A stretch of 64,000 nucleotides of DNA from Candidatus Thorarchaeota archaeon (GTDB taxonomy: Archaea; Asgardarchaeota; Thorarchaeia; Thorarchaeales; Thorarchaeaceae), in contig JBHLRZ010000016.1 of the NCBI GenBank assembly GCA_048882045.1, positions 5,526 to 69,525 of the forward strand, written 5' to 3'. Positions 28,268 through 38,150 of this stretch are shown piece by piece. The translations under genes and the position numbers were made by a program. The notes beneath the pieces are model-generated. The model saw only the letters and a list, made by a program, of their open reading frames with translations. It was not told the origin of the DNA and made no database searches. Within the stretch, counting starts at the first letter, position 1. Each line of letters begins with the position of its first letter.

Positions 28268-29322
28268 TGGCGAAGGTTGAACTTAGAGAACTTGTGAGAG
28301 AGTTTGCTGATGGAACTAGAATTGGTCCAATTAATCTCATAATTGAAGATGGCGAGTTCCTCACATTACTGGGACCATCAGGAAGTGGTAAGACTACGAC
28401 ACTACGAATGGTTGCTGGTTTCATTGAGGACGTGGAGGGAAAACTACTCTTTGATGAAAAGGATGTAGTCGATGTACCTCCAAGAGAACGAAGTATCGGA
28501 ATGGTCTTCCAGTCAGTTGCCTTGTTCCCAAACATGCGTGTGTACCAAAACATATCTTTCGGTCCAGAGATGGCAGGTTGGACGAGAGAGAGAACAATAG
28601 AACGAGTTGAGGAACTCGCTGACCTTCTGGGTATTCGAGGGCTCCTGCTGAGAAAGACCAATGAAATTAGTGGAGGAGAAGCACAGCGAGTTGCCCTCGC
28701 CAGAGCTCTAGCAAAAGAACCAGAACTCTTGTTGCTGGATGAACCATTATCTGCTCTAGATCCTCAGTTGAGAGAGAATTTGCAGACTGAGATTCGAAGA
28801 ATCCAAAGAACATTGAACATAACGACAATCTATGTCACACATAGTCAGGACGAAGCATTTGCAATCTCAGACAGAGTGGCAATTCTGCAAGACGGAATGG
28901 TTAGTCAAGTTGGTACTCCAGAAGAATTGTATGATGCTCCTGCGAATGAGTTCGTTGCTAGATTCCTCGGGAGCGGCAACATATTCAATGGAGAAATTGT
29001 GGAGAATAACAACGGACTTCTTGTCCAAGTCAATGGAAATCAATTCAGTTTTCCAGGGGAAGGAGAGATTGGTGAGGTCATCACATTCAGTGTAAAGCCG
29101 GAGGATGTGATCATATCAGCTCATGCTAGAGATGGATGGGTGAAAGCAGAAGTGGTGGCTATTACTCCGCAGGTTGGTTCATTCAGGGTGTCTATCGATT
29201 TCGATAATATTCAGATAATTGCATCGACAACTGATGAACAGCTGGTGAAACAGCTAAGAACCAATAGTGACAATGGTATTTACTTTGCATTTGATTCTGA
29301 ATCAGTCTTCATCTTCAGATGA
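28267..29322 (+). CDS. thiQ: Thiamine ABC transporter ATP-binding protein
   Basis: GPSGSGKTT, ISGGEAQR, LLLDEP, VTH; TOBE-like C-terminus. Confidence 0.9.
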   Translation: MAKVELRELVREFADGTRIGPINLIIEDGEFLTLLGPSGSGKTTTLRMVAGFIEDVEGKLLFDEKDVVDVPPRERSIGMVFQSVALFPNMRVYQNISFGPEMAGWTRERTIERVEELADLLGIRGLLLRKTNEISGGEAQRVALARALAKEPELLLLDEPLSALDPQLRENLQTEIRRIQRTLNITTIYVTHSQDEAFAISDRVAILQDGMVSQVGTPEELYDAPANEFVARFLGSGNIFNGEIVENNNGLLVQVNGNQFSFPGEGEIGEVITFSVKPEDVIISAHARDGWVKAEVVAITPQVGSFRVSIDFDNIQIIASTTDEQLVKQLRTNSDNGIYFAFDSESVFIFR

Positions 29323-30393
29323 TTCGAAGTCTTCTCCTGGAGGAGGAGGAATGTTGTAACCTTTGGATTCTGGTTTTGGTACAGGCTCTGGTTCCGGTGG
29401 AGGTTCTAATACTGGTTCAGGTTCGGACTCCATATCACTTGATGTTGACGGAGAAGGCACTTCCGCCGTCATAAAGACCTGACGCTCAACCAGAGATAGA
29501 ACCTGACTACGAATATAATCTGGAGAAGTTGCCATATCAGGCACATTGTATCGTGTTGAAAGGTACTGCATCATAGAGAGGGTTGCTCGTTTTTTGACAA
29601 ATACAAAGATGATTGTAAAGTTCAGAATTATTGAGAAGAGTGGTCCAATAGCGATGAGGATAATAAAAACCGGAACCCATGGAGCAGTAAAACCAATGCT
29701 CAATGTGAGCTCTAGCCAGACAAGAATAATGTCCACTCCAGCGAAGAACTCCAAGATATCCTCCACGTCATCTCCAACATTACTTAGAGACCTATCTTTT
29801 TTATCGAGATGAAACAGTCCTGCTTCCTTCATCAACCACGGACCATAGTAGAGTAACATGACCGTAAATGGGAGAATAAGTACACTTACAATCATCAAGA
29901 CTGCACCAATATAGATCAGACCCTCTGCATCAATACTCGTCATCAACTCGAAACCCAGAATTGTGAGAGCTATTCCGACAATGAGGACTGAGCCGTACAG
30001 AGACCTTCGAAATGCAGCCCTTAGATTCTCATCCTCTGGCTCTGGTGACATGAAATAGTCTCCCGCGTGGTGTTTTGCACGTCTGTGAATCCAAAGAGGA
30101 AGACTCACTGTTCGCGGCCATTTTACCAGGATTGCACAGAGGATCACTGCAAGTATTATAGAGCCTACTGCGGCTCCCAACATATACATTGTATAGGGAA
30201 CAAATCTCGTAGGGTCGAAGCTATAAAGACCGGAGAAGTTTAGCAAAGACAAAAGTCCCCAAGTGGAAGCAAGCAAAATCAACGTCGATATTAGGAATCC
30301 AAGGATGAGTTTAGCAATGCTTAGCTCCTTGGCTTCATCGAACAACTGCTTGTACGGATTGGTATATGTCTGTGCTTCTTCCATTTTCAGCAA
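29302..30393 (-). CDS. Hypothetical multi-pass membrane protein with Pro/Glu-rich C-terminal tail
   Basis: About 6 TM helices; tail EPEPVLEPPPEPEP...IPPPPGED. Confidence 0.75.
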   Translation of the reverse strand: MLKMEEAQTYTNPYKQLFDEAKELSIAKLILGFLISTLILLASTWGLLSLLNFSGLYSFDPTRFVPYTMYMLGAAVGSIILAVILCAILVKWPRTVSLPLWIHRRAKHHAGDYFMSPEPEDENLRAAFRRSLYGSVLIVGIALTILGFELMTSIDAEGLIYIGAVLMIVSVLILPFTVMLLYYGPWLMKEAGLFHLDKKDRSLSNVGDDVEDILEFFAGVDIILVWLELTLSIGFTAPWVPVFIILIAIGPLFSIILNFTIIFVFVKKRATLSMMQYLSTRYNVPDMATSPDYIRSQVLSLVERQVFMTAEVPSPSTSSDMESEPEPVLEPPPEPEPVPKPESKGYNIPPPPGEDFESSEDED

Positions 30394-30549
30394 CCGAATA
30401 GTGTTAGCACATCTGACTCATAAGCCTTCTTGACACTTATTGAAAGAAGAACACCCATCTATCTAGCACAAAATAGTTCATATAGCACAAGATGAGATTA
30501 ATCGTTGCGCTGGCAATGCCAACTCTGCATAGTAACGTAGTGATTGATT

Positions 30550-31464
30550 ATGGTTGTAGGCTACGAAGTTTTAGAAGACGGAACCCTGAATGAGGTCGAG
30601 CTCACAAAAGATGACCTTGAATCAACCAAGGTTGTCTGCGTCGTTGATGATGAAACAAAGAGCATCTATCTCTGGAAAGGAACCCAGGCAGGAGTTAGGA
30701 GAAAGTTCATTGGCGCAAGGGTTGCGACCAATCTCCGGACAGAGTATGGATTTCATTTTAAGGTCAGACCTTTAGATGAAGGAGAAGAACCCCCAACCTT
30801 CTTTTCAGCACTTGATGGCACAACTGCAGCAGCAAGGATTCTAAAACCAGGAGAATCAGCCCCGCCCCCAAGTCCACCCAAACCGAAGACTGAAGCTCGA
30901 GCTGAAGAAGCAGCAGCACCTCCCAAACCAAAACCAGATACATCAACTCCAAAAACAACTACAACACCTCCGCCTACACCAAAAACAGCTGCACCTCCAC
31001 CAAGACCACCGACATCAACACCTGCGTCAAAAAGCCCACCAGTTTCAGCAGAAATCCAAGCTATGATAGCAGAACTAGAAACAGTCGATCCACCAGAGGG
31101 CTACCAGCGAGAGTTACTCATTGTTTACAACGAACTGTTTACAGTAGCGGAGCACAAGATTGCAGTCTTTGGACAGGAAAAGGTTGAACGTAAGTTCGAG
31201 AAAGTGAAAGATCCACCTGAAGGGACATTTATGGCAGAAGGTTTCATTCCACGAGTCATAGTACAGGATGGTAAGGTCTTAGGAATTGAGCTTCTCAAAG
31301 GAACTCCGGATGCAATCCTCAGTCCAATAAAGGCAGAGATGAAGGAACGCCTAGGGGATCTCATTACATTCTTCCGTTCAGAGATCGAGGAAGAAGCAAT
31401 GTCCAAGGACAAGGCTGACGCAAAAGCTAAGGGTAAGAAAGGCAAGAAGCTTGTTGCCAAATAA
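30550..31464 (+). CDS. Asgard gelsolin-domain protein (gelsolin domain + Pro-rich linker + C-terminal domain; 1DGelX-like)
   Basis: VVDDETKSIYLWKG...RKFIGARVA...LDEGEEPPTFF gelsolin signature; PPEG-containing C-terminal domain. Confidence 0.82.
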   Translation: MVVGYEVLEDGTLNEVELTKDDLESTKVVCVVDDETKSIYLWKGTQAGVRRKFIGARVATNLRTEYGFHFKVRPLDEGEEPPTFFSALDGTTAAARILKPGESAPPPSPPKPKTEARAEEAAAPPKPKPDTSTPKTTTTPPPTPKTAAPPPRPPTSTPASKSPPVSAEIQAMIAELETVDPPEGYQRELLIVYNELFTVAEHKIAVFGQEKVERKFEKVKDPPEGTFMAEGFIPRVIVQDGKVLGIELLKGTPDAILSPIKAEMKERLGDLITFFRSEIEEEAMSKDKADAKAKGKKGKKLVAK

Positions 31465-31486
31465 TCATGATCCAAGAGGAATACAT

Positions 31487-31876
31487 ATGTCATCTAATCT
31501 CGACCCAGCAAAGGAAAAGGAGCTTGTCGAGCTCCTAATGGGCTTAACAAACTATGCAGATCTTGATGCCATCGCTGTCATCAGCAAACAAGGTGTCAAA
31601 CTTGCGTACTTTGCAACAGAGGACTCAGATGTTGATCCAGACCTGATGGCAGCAATGAGTGCTGCACTTCTCAGTACTGGAGAAATGGCGGCTGGAAATC
31701 TTGAGTTGAACGAGCTCTATGAAGTAATAGTTAGAGGGAAGGATGGATTTGTTGTCCTCTCTCATGCAGGAGAGTTTCTACTTATGGGATCCGCAAAGGA
31801 CCTAACATCGATGGGACTCGCAGTCACTCAGATGAGAAAATACGCAAGAGAAGTCGGTGAACTTCTGGGTCAATAG
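31487..31876 (+). CDS. Roadblock/LC7 domain protein
   Basis: AVISKQG, DLMAAMSAALL, LELNELYEVIVRGKDG, SMGL. Confidence 0.9.
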   Translation: MSSNLDPAKEKELVELLMGLTNYADLDAIAVISKQGVKLAYFATEDSDVDPDLMAAMSAALLSTGEMAAGNLELNELYEVIVRGKDGFVVLSHAGEFLLMGSAKDLTSMGLAVTQMRKYAREVGELLGQ

Positions 31877-31972
31877 TAACTCATTAGCTTCGTTCCATCC
31901 GAGATTATGTTACATGGGTTAATAGTCAATAATCAATAGCAGATTAATGACGATTATTTGGTTGAATGAATC

Positions 31973-32383
31973 GTGAAGGGAATCATTGTGTTTGATGAAG
32001 GAGGCGTAAGTCTTGCCTCAGTCGGTTTAGAGAACATCAAGCTCAATGAGGACCTTTTTGGTTCATTCATTGCTGCCATTCAGGCCTACGCCCAGAAATC
32101 AGTTGGAAGCATGATGAAGTCACTAACGTATAGCAAAATGAAACTCATGATTGATTTTGCAGCTGAGAATTTTGTAGTCACTCTACATGGAATTGATGAC
32201 CCTGATGCTGACTGGAACCACAGTGCCACTGTAAGAGTGATTGAGGGAGATGGATTCGAACTCAATCAGCAATACCTCGAAATCCTAAGGGAGCTCTTGA
32301 CAGACGAAATCGTATCACCAGATGAAGTTGAGAATGGGATTGATAAGCTCAGGAAAGCGACGCGATCATTCCTAGATAAGTAG
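31973..32383 (+). CDS. Small longin-like domain protein (Asgard type)
   Basis: IIVFDEGGVSL...DLFGSFIAAIQAYA pattern typical of Asgard longin/profilin-like folds. Confidence 0.6.
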   Translation: MKGIIVFDEGGVSLASVGLENIKLNEDLFGSFIAAIQAYAQKSVGSMMKSLTYSKMKLMIDFAAENFVVTLHGIDDPDADWNHSATVRVIEGDGFELNQQYLEILRELLTDEIVSPDEVENGIDKLRKATRSFLDK

Positions 32384-32521
32384 GCTAGTCAACTGTTAAT
32401 TGAGTGGAACGAACCGATCAGTTATAGAACAGTCAATTACACTGCTGATAAACCATATTGAGTATATGGTGAAAAGACATAATTGAGAAAAGACAACCAA
32501 CTCAAATTATGAGGTGATTCT

Positions 32522-34186
32522 GTGGTAAGAAATCTCTCCCTCCATTTTCTATATCGGAAAGAAGGAACAAGAATTGAGGTTGAACCTGAAGGTGTTGGAT
32601 TAATTGATGCTCTTGTAGCTGCGGAGTCACTCAAAGGTAGTAGTTCTAGAGTAGCAAGTCTGAGTAGAGTATCATTCCCATTTTGGTTGGTTCAGACATC
32701 ATCAACAAAATCAATCATCCTATCAGCATCAAGTAGTATGATTAAGCAATTTCAGTTTACAGACATCAAAGGTGCTAGTGAAATAAGAAGGATTGTCAGT
32801 TCTGAGGTCACCCAGTCATCAGACATTCCTGTTGCGGTATCGAAAATTGGACCTCTCCTGGATCAAGTAGACACATACACAGTTGACCTTTCAGGGTTGA
32901 TTGCACCAGCAGCATTTGTTTCCGTTGGTAGGCTAATTGTTGCTTCTGATCCAAATGCTAAACCCAATAGAATGGAGATGAGGACAGATTCCGGGGGTGC
33001 ATTGAAAAGATCAGAAGAGTTCAAGGAGGTCTCTGAATCAGTAAAAAGAAGGACAGAAGCGACAGAAGCCATAAAGTCTTTGTTCAAGGAGAAGCTTGGA
33101 GGTCAATCTTCAACTCTTGAGAACCTGATTGAACTCGAGAGAAAAAGGTGGGATGAGAGAATCAAAACTATGCAAGAAAGAACCGCTCAGGAGATTGTTG
33201 GACTCAAAGAGAAGAGGGATGACCAATATTACAACCTTGGTGAGAAACATAAGATTGCTTTACGTGCCTTGACTGCGGATTTCGCTAGAGCAGCAAATGA
33301 CCTTGAACAGCATTTTACACAGATATCCGAGCAAATCAGAGATGCAAAATCGAAGATAGGACAAAAAGAGGATGATGTTGAAGGAGCAATCTCCATTTAC
33401 GAAGATCTTGTAAATAATGTACGAAAGACTATCGAGAGAAGCAATCAACCTATTGAAGTAATGGATAGAAAAAGAGAAGAATTAGAAAAACGAACTGTCG
33501 AAGCCAGAAGGAATTACGAGCAGGAAAAGACCCAGGCTCAATCATCTCTTGAGTTACAGATTAATGACATCCAAAAGAGAATTGAGGACACCAAGAGCGA
33601 GCGAGAACAAAACCTGAGAGAACTCGATGAATTGAGGCTCAATGTGAATTCGGTGATTGAGAAGGCTTACAAAGATGTTGAAAACAAGATCCTCAAGTTC
33701 CAGGAGGAGTTCCTAAATCTCATGTCTTGGACTTTGGACAATAACTCGATAAATCAGCTAGCTCCTCTAACTCAACTGGACATTCACACTTATGTAGCGA
33801 AATTTGACAATGACCTATACAAAGTGATTACCCCTCATTTCACACCGGAAACTTGGAATTCTATAACACCAGGAGCGGGGGTTGTCCTCAGTAGAGAGTT
33901 TGATGAGATGCTCACGACATCAATTGATGAATGGATGAAGTCTGATCGATCCTTCAAAGAAGCTTTTGATCGTGCATGTATCAAAGGAAATGTGTTTCTA
34001 GACCCTGAAGGCGAAAAGATGCTAGCTGCAGGATTTGAATCACTGAGTAATAGAAAACTACTAGGATCTTCTGACATAGAGAGATATGCAAGACTTTGGT
34101 ACAGATATGCCAAAAAGTGTCCAAAATGCAGTAGCGAATTAGAAGCTGGAGCAAAGTATTGTAATAGTTGTGGTTCTGAATTGTAG
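32522..34186 (+). CDS. Long coiled-coil protein with C-terminal double-CxxC zinc ribbon
   Basis: About 240-aa heptad region flanked by globular segments; CPKC...CNSC at the C-terminus. Confidence 0.8.
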   Translation: MVRNLSLHFLYRKEGTRIEVEPEGVGLIDALVAAESLKGSSSRVASLSRVSFPFWLVQTSSTKSIILSASSSMIKQFQFTDIKGASEIRRIVSSEVTQSSDIPVAVSKIGPLLDQVDTYTVDLSGLIAPAAFVSVGRLIVASDPNAKPNRMEMRTDSGGALKRSEEFKEVSESVKRRTEATEAIKSLFKEKLGGQSSTLENLIELERKRWDERIKTMQERTAQEIVGLKEKRDDQYYNLGEKHKIALRALTADFARAANDLEQHFTQISEQIRDAKSKIGQKEDDVEGAISIYEDLVNNVRKTIERSNQPIEVMDRKREELEKRTVEARRNYEQEKTQAQSSLELQINDIQKRIEDTKSEREQNLRELDELRLNVNSVIEKAYKDVENKILKFQEEFLNLMSWTLDNNSINQLAPLTQLDIHTYVAKFDNDLYKVITPHFTPETWNSITPGAGVVLSREFDEMLTTSIDEWMKSDRSFKEAFDRACIKGNVFLDPEGEKMLAAGFESLSNRKLLGSSDIERYARLWYRYAKKCPKCSSELEAGAKYCNSCGSEL

Positions 34187-34258
34187 TTGGGTCCTTTCTT
34201 TATGGTTTAATAACAAATAATATACGGTGGATGGCGAGCAGCAGAAATAGGGGTAAAG

Positions 34259-35461
34259 ATGAAACTCGACATCACTCCACGTGCAGCAAACCTCCAATAT
34301 GCAATTCGAGATATCGTTGTTGCAGCAAGAAAGTATGAGAAGAGAACAGGGGAGAAACCTCTCTATCTCAATATTGGTGATCCCATAAAATATGATTGGA
34401 AAACTCCTCAGTATATGGTGGATGCAATCTGCAAAGCAGCAAAAGAAGGCTGGAATGGTTATTCTCCTTCAGAAGGTGAGGAGCAGCTCAGGATATCGGC
34501 TGCAGAAAAAGAGAAACGAGTCAATGGGATTGATGTCAATCCAGATCGGATGATAGTCACATCAGGGGTCTCAGAGGCAATCCAGTTTCTCTGTGGTGCT
34601 CTCGTTGAGCGAGGTTCTGAACTTCTGGTTCCAGGACCTTCATATCCTCCATATATCAGCTATGTGAATTTCTTTGGTGGAAAGCCAGTTGCCTACAGGA
34701 CAATCGAGGAGGATGATTGGAATCCGGACACAGATGACCTCCGAAAGAAGATCACAGACAAGACAGTAGGTATACTTGTCATCAATCCAAACAATCCCAC
34801 AGGCTCAGTGTACAACGAGAAAACACTTAGAGAGATTGTAGCAATTGCTGGCGAACACGAACTGCCCCTAATTTCAGATGAGATCTATGATCAGCTGACC
34901 TATGACGAACCACAAACACCAATGGTCAGAATAGCAGGCGATGTACCTGTCGTCGGTTTCAACGGAGTAAGTAAAGTGTACCTTGCACCTGGATGGCGTG
35001 TGGGGTATGCTTACTTCCACGACATGAGTGGTGAGCTCGACCCACTATACGATGCGATGATCCGTCAGGCGAGAATCAGGATATGTTTGAATGCCACTGC
35101 ACAGATAGCAGCAGCAACAGCATTGGCTGGAGATGGAAGTCATCTAAAGGATGTCATGAGTCGTCTTCGGATAAGAAGGGATTTGATACACAAACGACTC
35201 AACGAAATCGATTCAATTTCAACACGACTACCTGAGGCAGCCTTCTACATAATGCCTAAGGTTGATCTACAAGGGAGATGGAAGGATGATTATGAGTTTG
35301 TATTGGCAGTCCTTGAAGAAACAGGTGTGGTATTTGTTCCTGGTAGAGGATTCGGTGTAGAGTATGGAGCTGGACACTTCCGAAGCGTGTTTCTACCACC
35401 GCCAGAGATGATTGAGGATGCAATGAATCGCCTTGAAGGATTCATGATTAAAAACCAGTAG
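34259..35461 (+). CDS. PLP-dependent class I/II aminotransferase (alanine aminotransferase-like)
   Basis: LNIGDP, NPNNPTG, SDEIYD, SKVYLAPGWRVG. Confidence 0.93.
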   Translation: MKLDITPRAANLQYAIRDIVVAARKYEKRTGEKPLYLNIGDPIKYDWKTPQYMVDAICKAAKEGWNGYSPSEGEEQLRISAAEKEKRVNGIDVNPDRMIVTSGVSEAIQFLCGALVERGSELLVPGPSYPPYISYVNFFGGKPVAYRTIEEDDWNPDTDDLRKKITDKTVGILVINPNNPTGSVYNEKTLREIVAIAGEHELPLISDEIYDQLTYDEPQTPMVRIAGDVPVVGFNGVSKVYLAPGWRVGYAYFHDMSGELDPLYDAMIRQARIRICLNATAQIAAATALAGDGSHLKDVMSRLRIRRDLIHKRLNEIDSISTRLPEAAFYIMPKVDLQGRWKDDYEFVLAVLEETGVVFVPGRGFGVEYGAGHFRSVFLPPPEMIEDAMNRLEGFMIKNQ

Positions 35462-35560
35462 TGGATTATTGCATACTTCTTGCTGTTGCAGTCTTTCTCA
35501 AGAGGAAGTTCTAAACTCCTTACCATCTTTCTTACATAGAATCTGGAGTAGATTGTAAAA

Positions 35561-37231
35561 TCACTCAAGCTCAGCTTTCTTCGATTCGAGTAGTTGTGTT
35601 ATTTCATTTCTTAGAGACCTTGCCACTACAAGTGCCATTTCGATCTTCTCAGGAGTTGAGGGGCGAGCTTCATCTGCGAGAAATGGATTACCTAGAACCT
35701 TAGTTGTTTCTGACTGAATGTGGGTGACATCCGTTCCTGATAGCGCCAGATGATCTGCAAGATCCTTGATCTTCCTCACACCATCTTTCACTTCTTTCCT
35801 TTTCGCGGCAATGTCATCCCATTCCCTGAGGCTCTCTTGAGCCTCAGTTTCGAGCTTTCGCTCCTGATTGGTCAGTTTTTCGGTGATTTCTGTTAGAACA
35901 GGCATCAGTTTTCCGCGTGCGAAAGCTTTCTTCTCAGCTTCCTTACTTTCTCTGACCTTTCTAATTAAGTTCTCATCACCTACGATCGCATCGATAGTGT
36001 CAATCATTTCATTGACGATTTTTACTCTGGCTTTTGCAGAGTCCAATTCTCCTGCTTCAACCTCTGCACGACCTTGTTTCAAAGAAACTATTAGACTGTC
36101 TACTAATCTAACAAGTGGTTCCGATTCAAGGTCAGTCGTTTCAATAGTTTCTTTCAGAACACTCACTCTGCCATCTGTGACATCTGCATCTCGGAGCAAC
36201 TTCTCAGATTCTTTGAAGTCTTTCAGAACTAGAGTTCCCGGACCGGCCTGGAGTGTGTAGGCTGTCTTGAGCTTGTCACTATAAGAACCTCGTACTATGA
36301 CTGAGAACTCCTTCATTCCTTCAAGTGCTTGGGCAGATTTGAGAACCACTGCAAGATCAAGAGTGTCTCCAGGTGGCAGGACATTGACAGATTTGGTTCT
36401 CTCTCCGGATACCATCTGTAGCCCCTCATCGAAATGCCACTCGACAGAGAGACCTGTTGCCTCGCCATTACCATTGTTCTTAATCAGAACCTTAACAGGG
36501 AATTCCTCCGTAAATGTAAGATCAACAGGAAGAACCAGTTGAGAAGATAGCTTTGGAACCTTGAGCTTACCCCTCAGGAGCTCTCGAACCATATCGAGAC
36601 CTCGGTCAACATATTTGCTAAACTCCTGACTGTTGGCACTCGCCAGAGCAGCTTTAAGTTCAGTCACTGCTGCATTCTCTGCTGACGCAAATGCCTCAAG
36701 GTTGACTGACTGAATCGCACTCTCCAGCATCTGGGGAATCTGACTCAATCGAACAGTGGCAGGTAGCCTCAATTTTGAAGCATTCTCAGCAGCGAAACCT
36801 CGTGCCTTATAGAATCCATCAGCCTCTTTACCAATCATGATGTAAATCATACAACTAGCCATTGCGAGTGCAGTACCCTTACTTGTTTCTGCATCTTCGC
36901 CCCACATGAGATGTTCATTAGAAGCCAACATTAGATCATCTGCTGCAATTTGATAGGCTTCGATGGCTTTTGTTGCATCGCCAATATCAGAAAAGACATC
37001 ACCTGCTGCACACATGTTGAGTGCAGCCTTCTTGTAGCTCTTTGAACCACGATATTCATCTGCTGATTTCAGAAATGCCTCAGCCGCCAGACCATATTCG
37101 TGGTCTGCAGTCGCGATATCTTTGTTCCGCTCAGCCTCAGCAGCTCTCATAAGATGCTGTCGTCCTGCGGACTGTCTAATCGTATCTTTCTGAGACTCCT
37201 CAATCCATCTCTTGGCACGCTCTTCCGACAC
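35561..37231 (-). CDS. Helical-repeat (SNAP/TPR-like) + CARDB-type Ig domain + coiled-coil protein
   Basis: Ala-rich repeats (KAALNMCAAGDVFSDIGDATKAIEAYQIAA); VLIKNNGNGEA...LPPGDT beta-sandwich; helical C-terminus. Confidence 0.65.
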   Translation of the reverse strand: MSEERAKRWIEESQKDTIRQSAGRQHLMRAAEAERNKDIATADHEYGLAAEAFLKSADEYRGSKSYKKAALNMCAAGDVFSDIGDATKAIEAYQIAADDLMLASNEHLMWGEDAETSKGTALAMASCMIYIMIGKEADGFYKARGFAAENASKLRLPATVRLSQIPQMLESAIQSVNLEAFASAENAAVTELKAALASANSQEFSKYVDRGLDMVRELLRGKLKVPKLSSQLVLPVDLTFTEEFPVKVLIKNNGNGEATGLSVEWHFDEGLQMVSGERTKSVNVLPPGDTLDLAVVLKSAQALEGMKEFSVIVRGSYSDKLKTAYTLQAGPGTLVLKDFKESEKLLRDADVTDGRVSVLKETIETTDLESEPLVRLVDSLIVSLKQGRAEVEAGELDSAKARVKIVNEMIDTIDAIVGDENLIRKVRESKEAEKKAFARGKLMPVLTEITEKLTNQERKLETEAQESLREWDDIAAKRKEVKDGVRKIKDLADHLALSGTDVTHIQSETTKVLGNPFLADEARPSTPEKIEMALVVARSLRNEITQLLESKKAELE

Positions 37232-37326
37232 TGTTTTTCTCTCTCCTTCTCAAGCTAAATACACGAGACGGTTTCAACCCTTCGCTTTGTTCGATGAGTC
37301 AAGACCTTATGCATTCCATGCGAATC

Positions 37327-37641
37327 CTAGTACACTTCACGTGGAGAGTGCCTGAGTCTATCAGGTAGTCCTCCACCATGACCCTCTATCACAAGCTCGT
37401 ATCCTCTTCCAATCCTACCCTTTGAGGCAGTCTGAAATCCAACCTTCTCAATACCGCGAGCATTGCGTTCCGCGGCTCTACGCTCGATCATGCTTGCTCC
37501 ACCAGGAATGGCAAGAATGAGCTTCTTCAAGGATTCATCAACAGTCAGAGTGATTGGCATTGTAGGAGTGCCAGAGCACTCATGAAATTGGCTGTCCTTA
37601 TACTCGAGTAAATGCTTCATTTGAACTATTACACCATCCAA
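37327..37641 (-). CDS. Small divergent gelsolin-like single-domain protein
   Basis: LTVDESLKKLILAIPGGASMIERRAAERNARGI parallels the gelsolin strand-strand-long-helix pattern. Confidence 0.5.
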   Translation of the reverse strand: MDGVIVQMKHLLEYKDSQFHECSGTPTMPITLTVDESLKKLILAIPGGASMIERRAAERNARGIEKVGFQTASKGRIGRGYELVIEGHGGGLPDRLRHSPREVY

Positions 37642-37721
37642 AGGTCAGTTCTGGACAAATCCCCCACGTGGTTACATATTAGGATTTGGCGGATGAAATG
37701 ATTGCAGAAATAAAGAAGAAT

Positions 37722-37750
37722 TGAGCCCAGGACCCGAGGGTCCAAAGGCT
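37722..37750 (-). terminator. GC-rich hairpin followed by U-rich tract
   Basis: GAGCC..GGACCC-GA-GGGTCC..GGCTC; minus strand continues AATTCTTCTTTATT. Confidence 0.55.
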
Positions 37751-37774
37751 CAGAAGTAACACGATATACTAGGT

Positions 37775-38050
37775 TTAGTCCGGCGGCGGGGGTGGTGGTG
37801 GTGTATCATCGAGCTTAGTGTCGACCGGTCTAAGTACCGAATCGCGCTTCTTCCTTGTGAAGACAAAGCCAACAATAATCAACAACAATCCTAAGATTGC
37901 CACAACAGCACCAATCATCATTGTGTAGCCAGGGATGAGATCATATCCCGCCCCAGGTAACAATGCGAGAATGGCACCGCCAATCACTAAAAGCGCACCA
38001 AGACACACGGGTCCTGAACGCGTATACTCACGCCATGTCAAGTAGCTCAA
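37775..38050 (-). CDS. Small 2-TM membrane protein with C-terminal polyproline (P7)
   Basis: Two hydrophobic helices, RKKR stop-transfer, tail DDTPPPPPPPD. Confidence 0.75.
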   Translation of the reverse strand: MSYLTWREYTRSGPVCLGALLVIGGAILALLPGAGYDLIPGYTMMIGAVVAILGLLLIIVGFVFTRKKRDSVLRPVDTKLDDTPPPPPPPD

Positions 38051-38150
38051 TTTTCTAAGCTCCTACTCGAGACTTACCACGCGGTCTCGTCTAAACAAGA
38101 TGAGTCATACGTAGCGATTTAAGATTATTGGGTAAATAACACTGCAAGAA

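Noticed and set aside
30860-31050. C/A-rich low-complexity DNA as a tandem repeat or array
   Set aside because: Explained by the Pro/Thr-rich linker coding of the gelsolin protein; no exact repeat unit.
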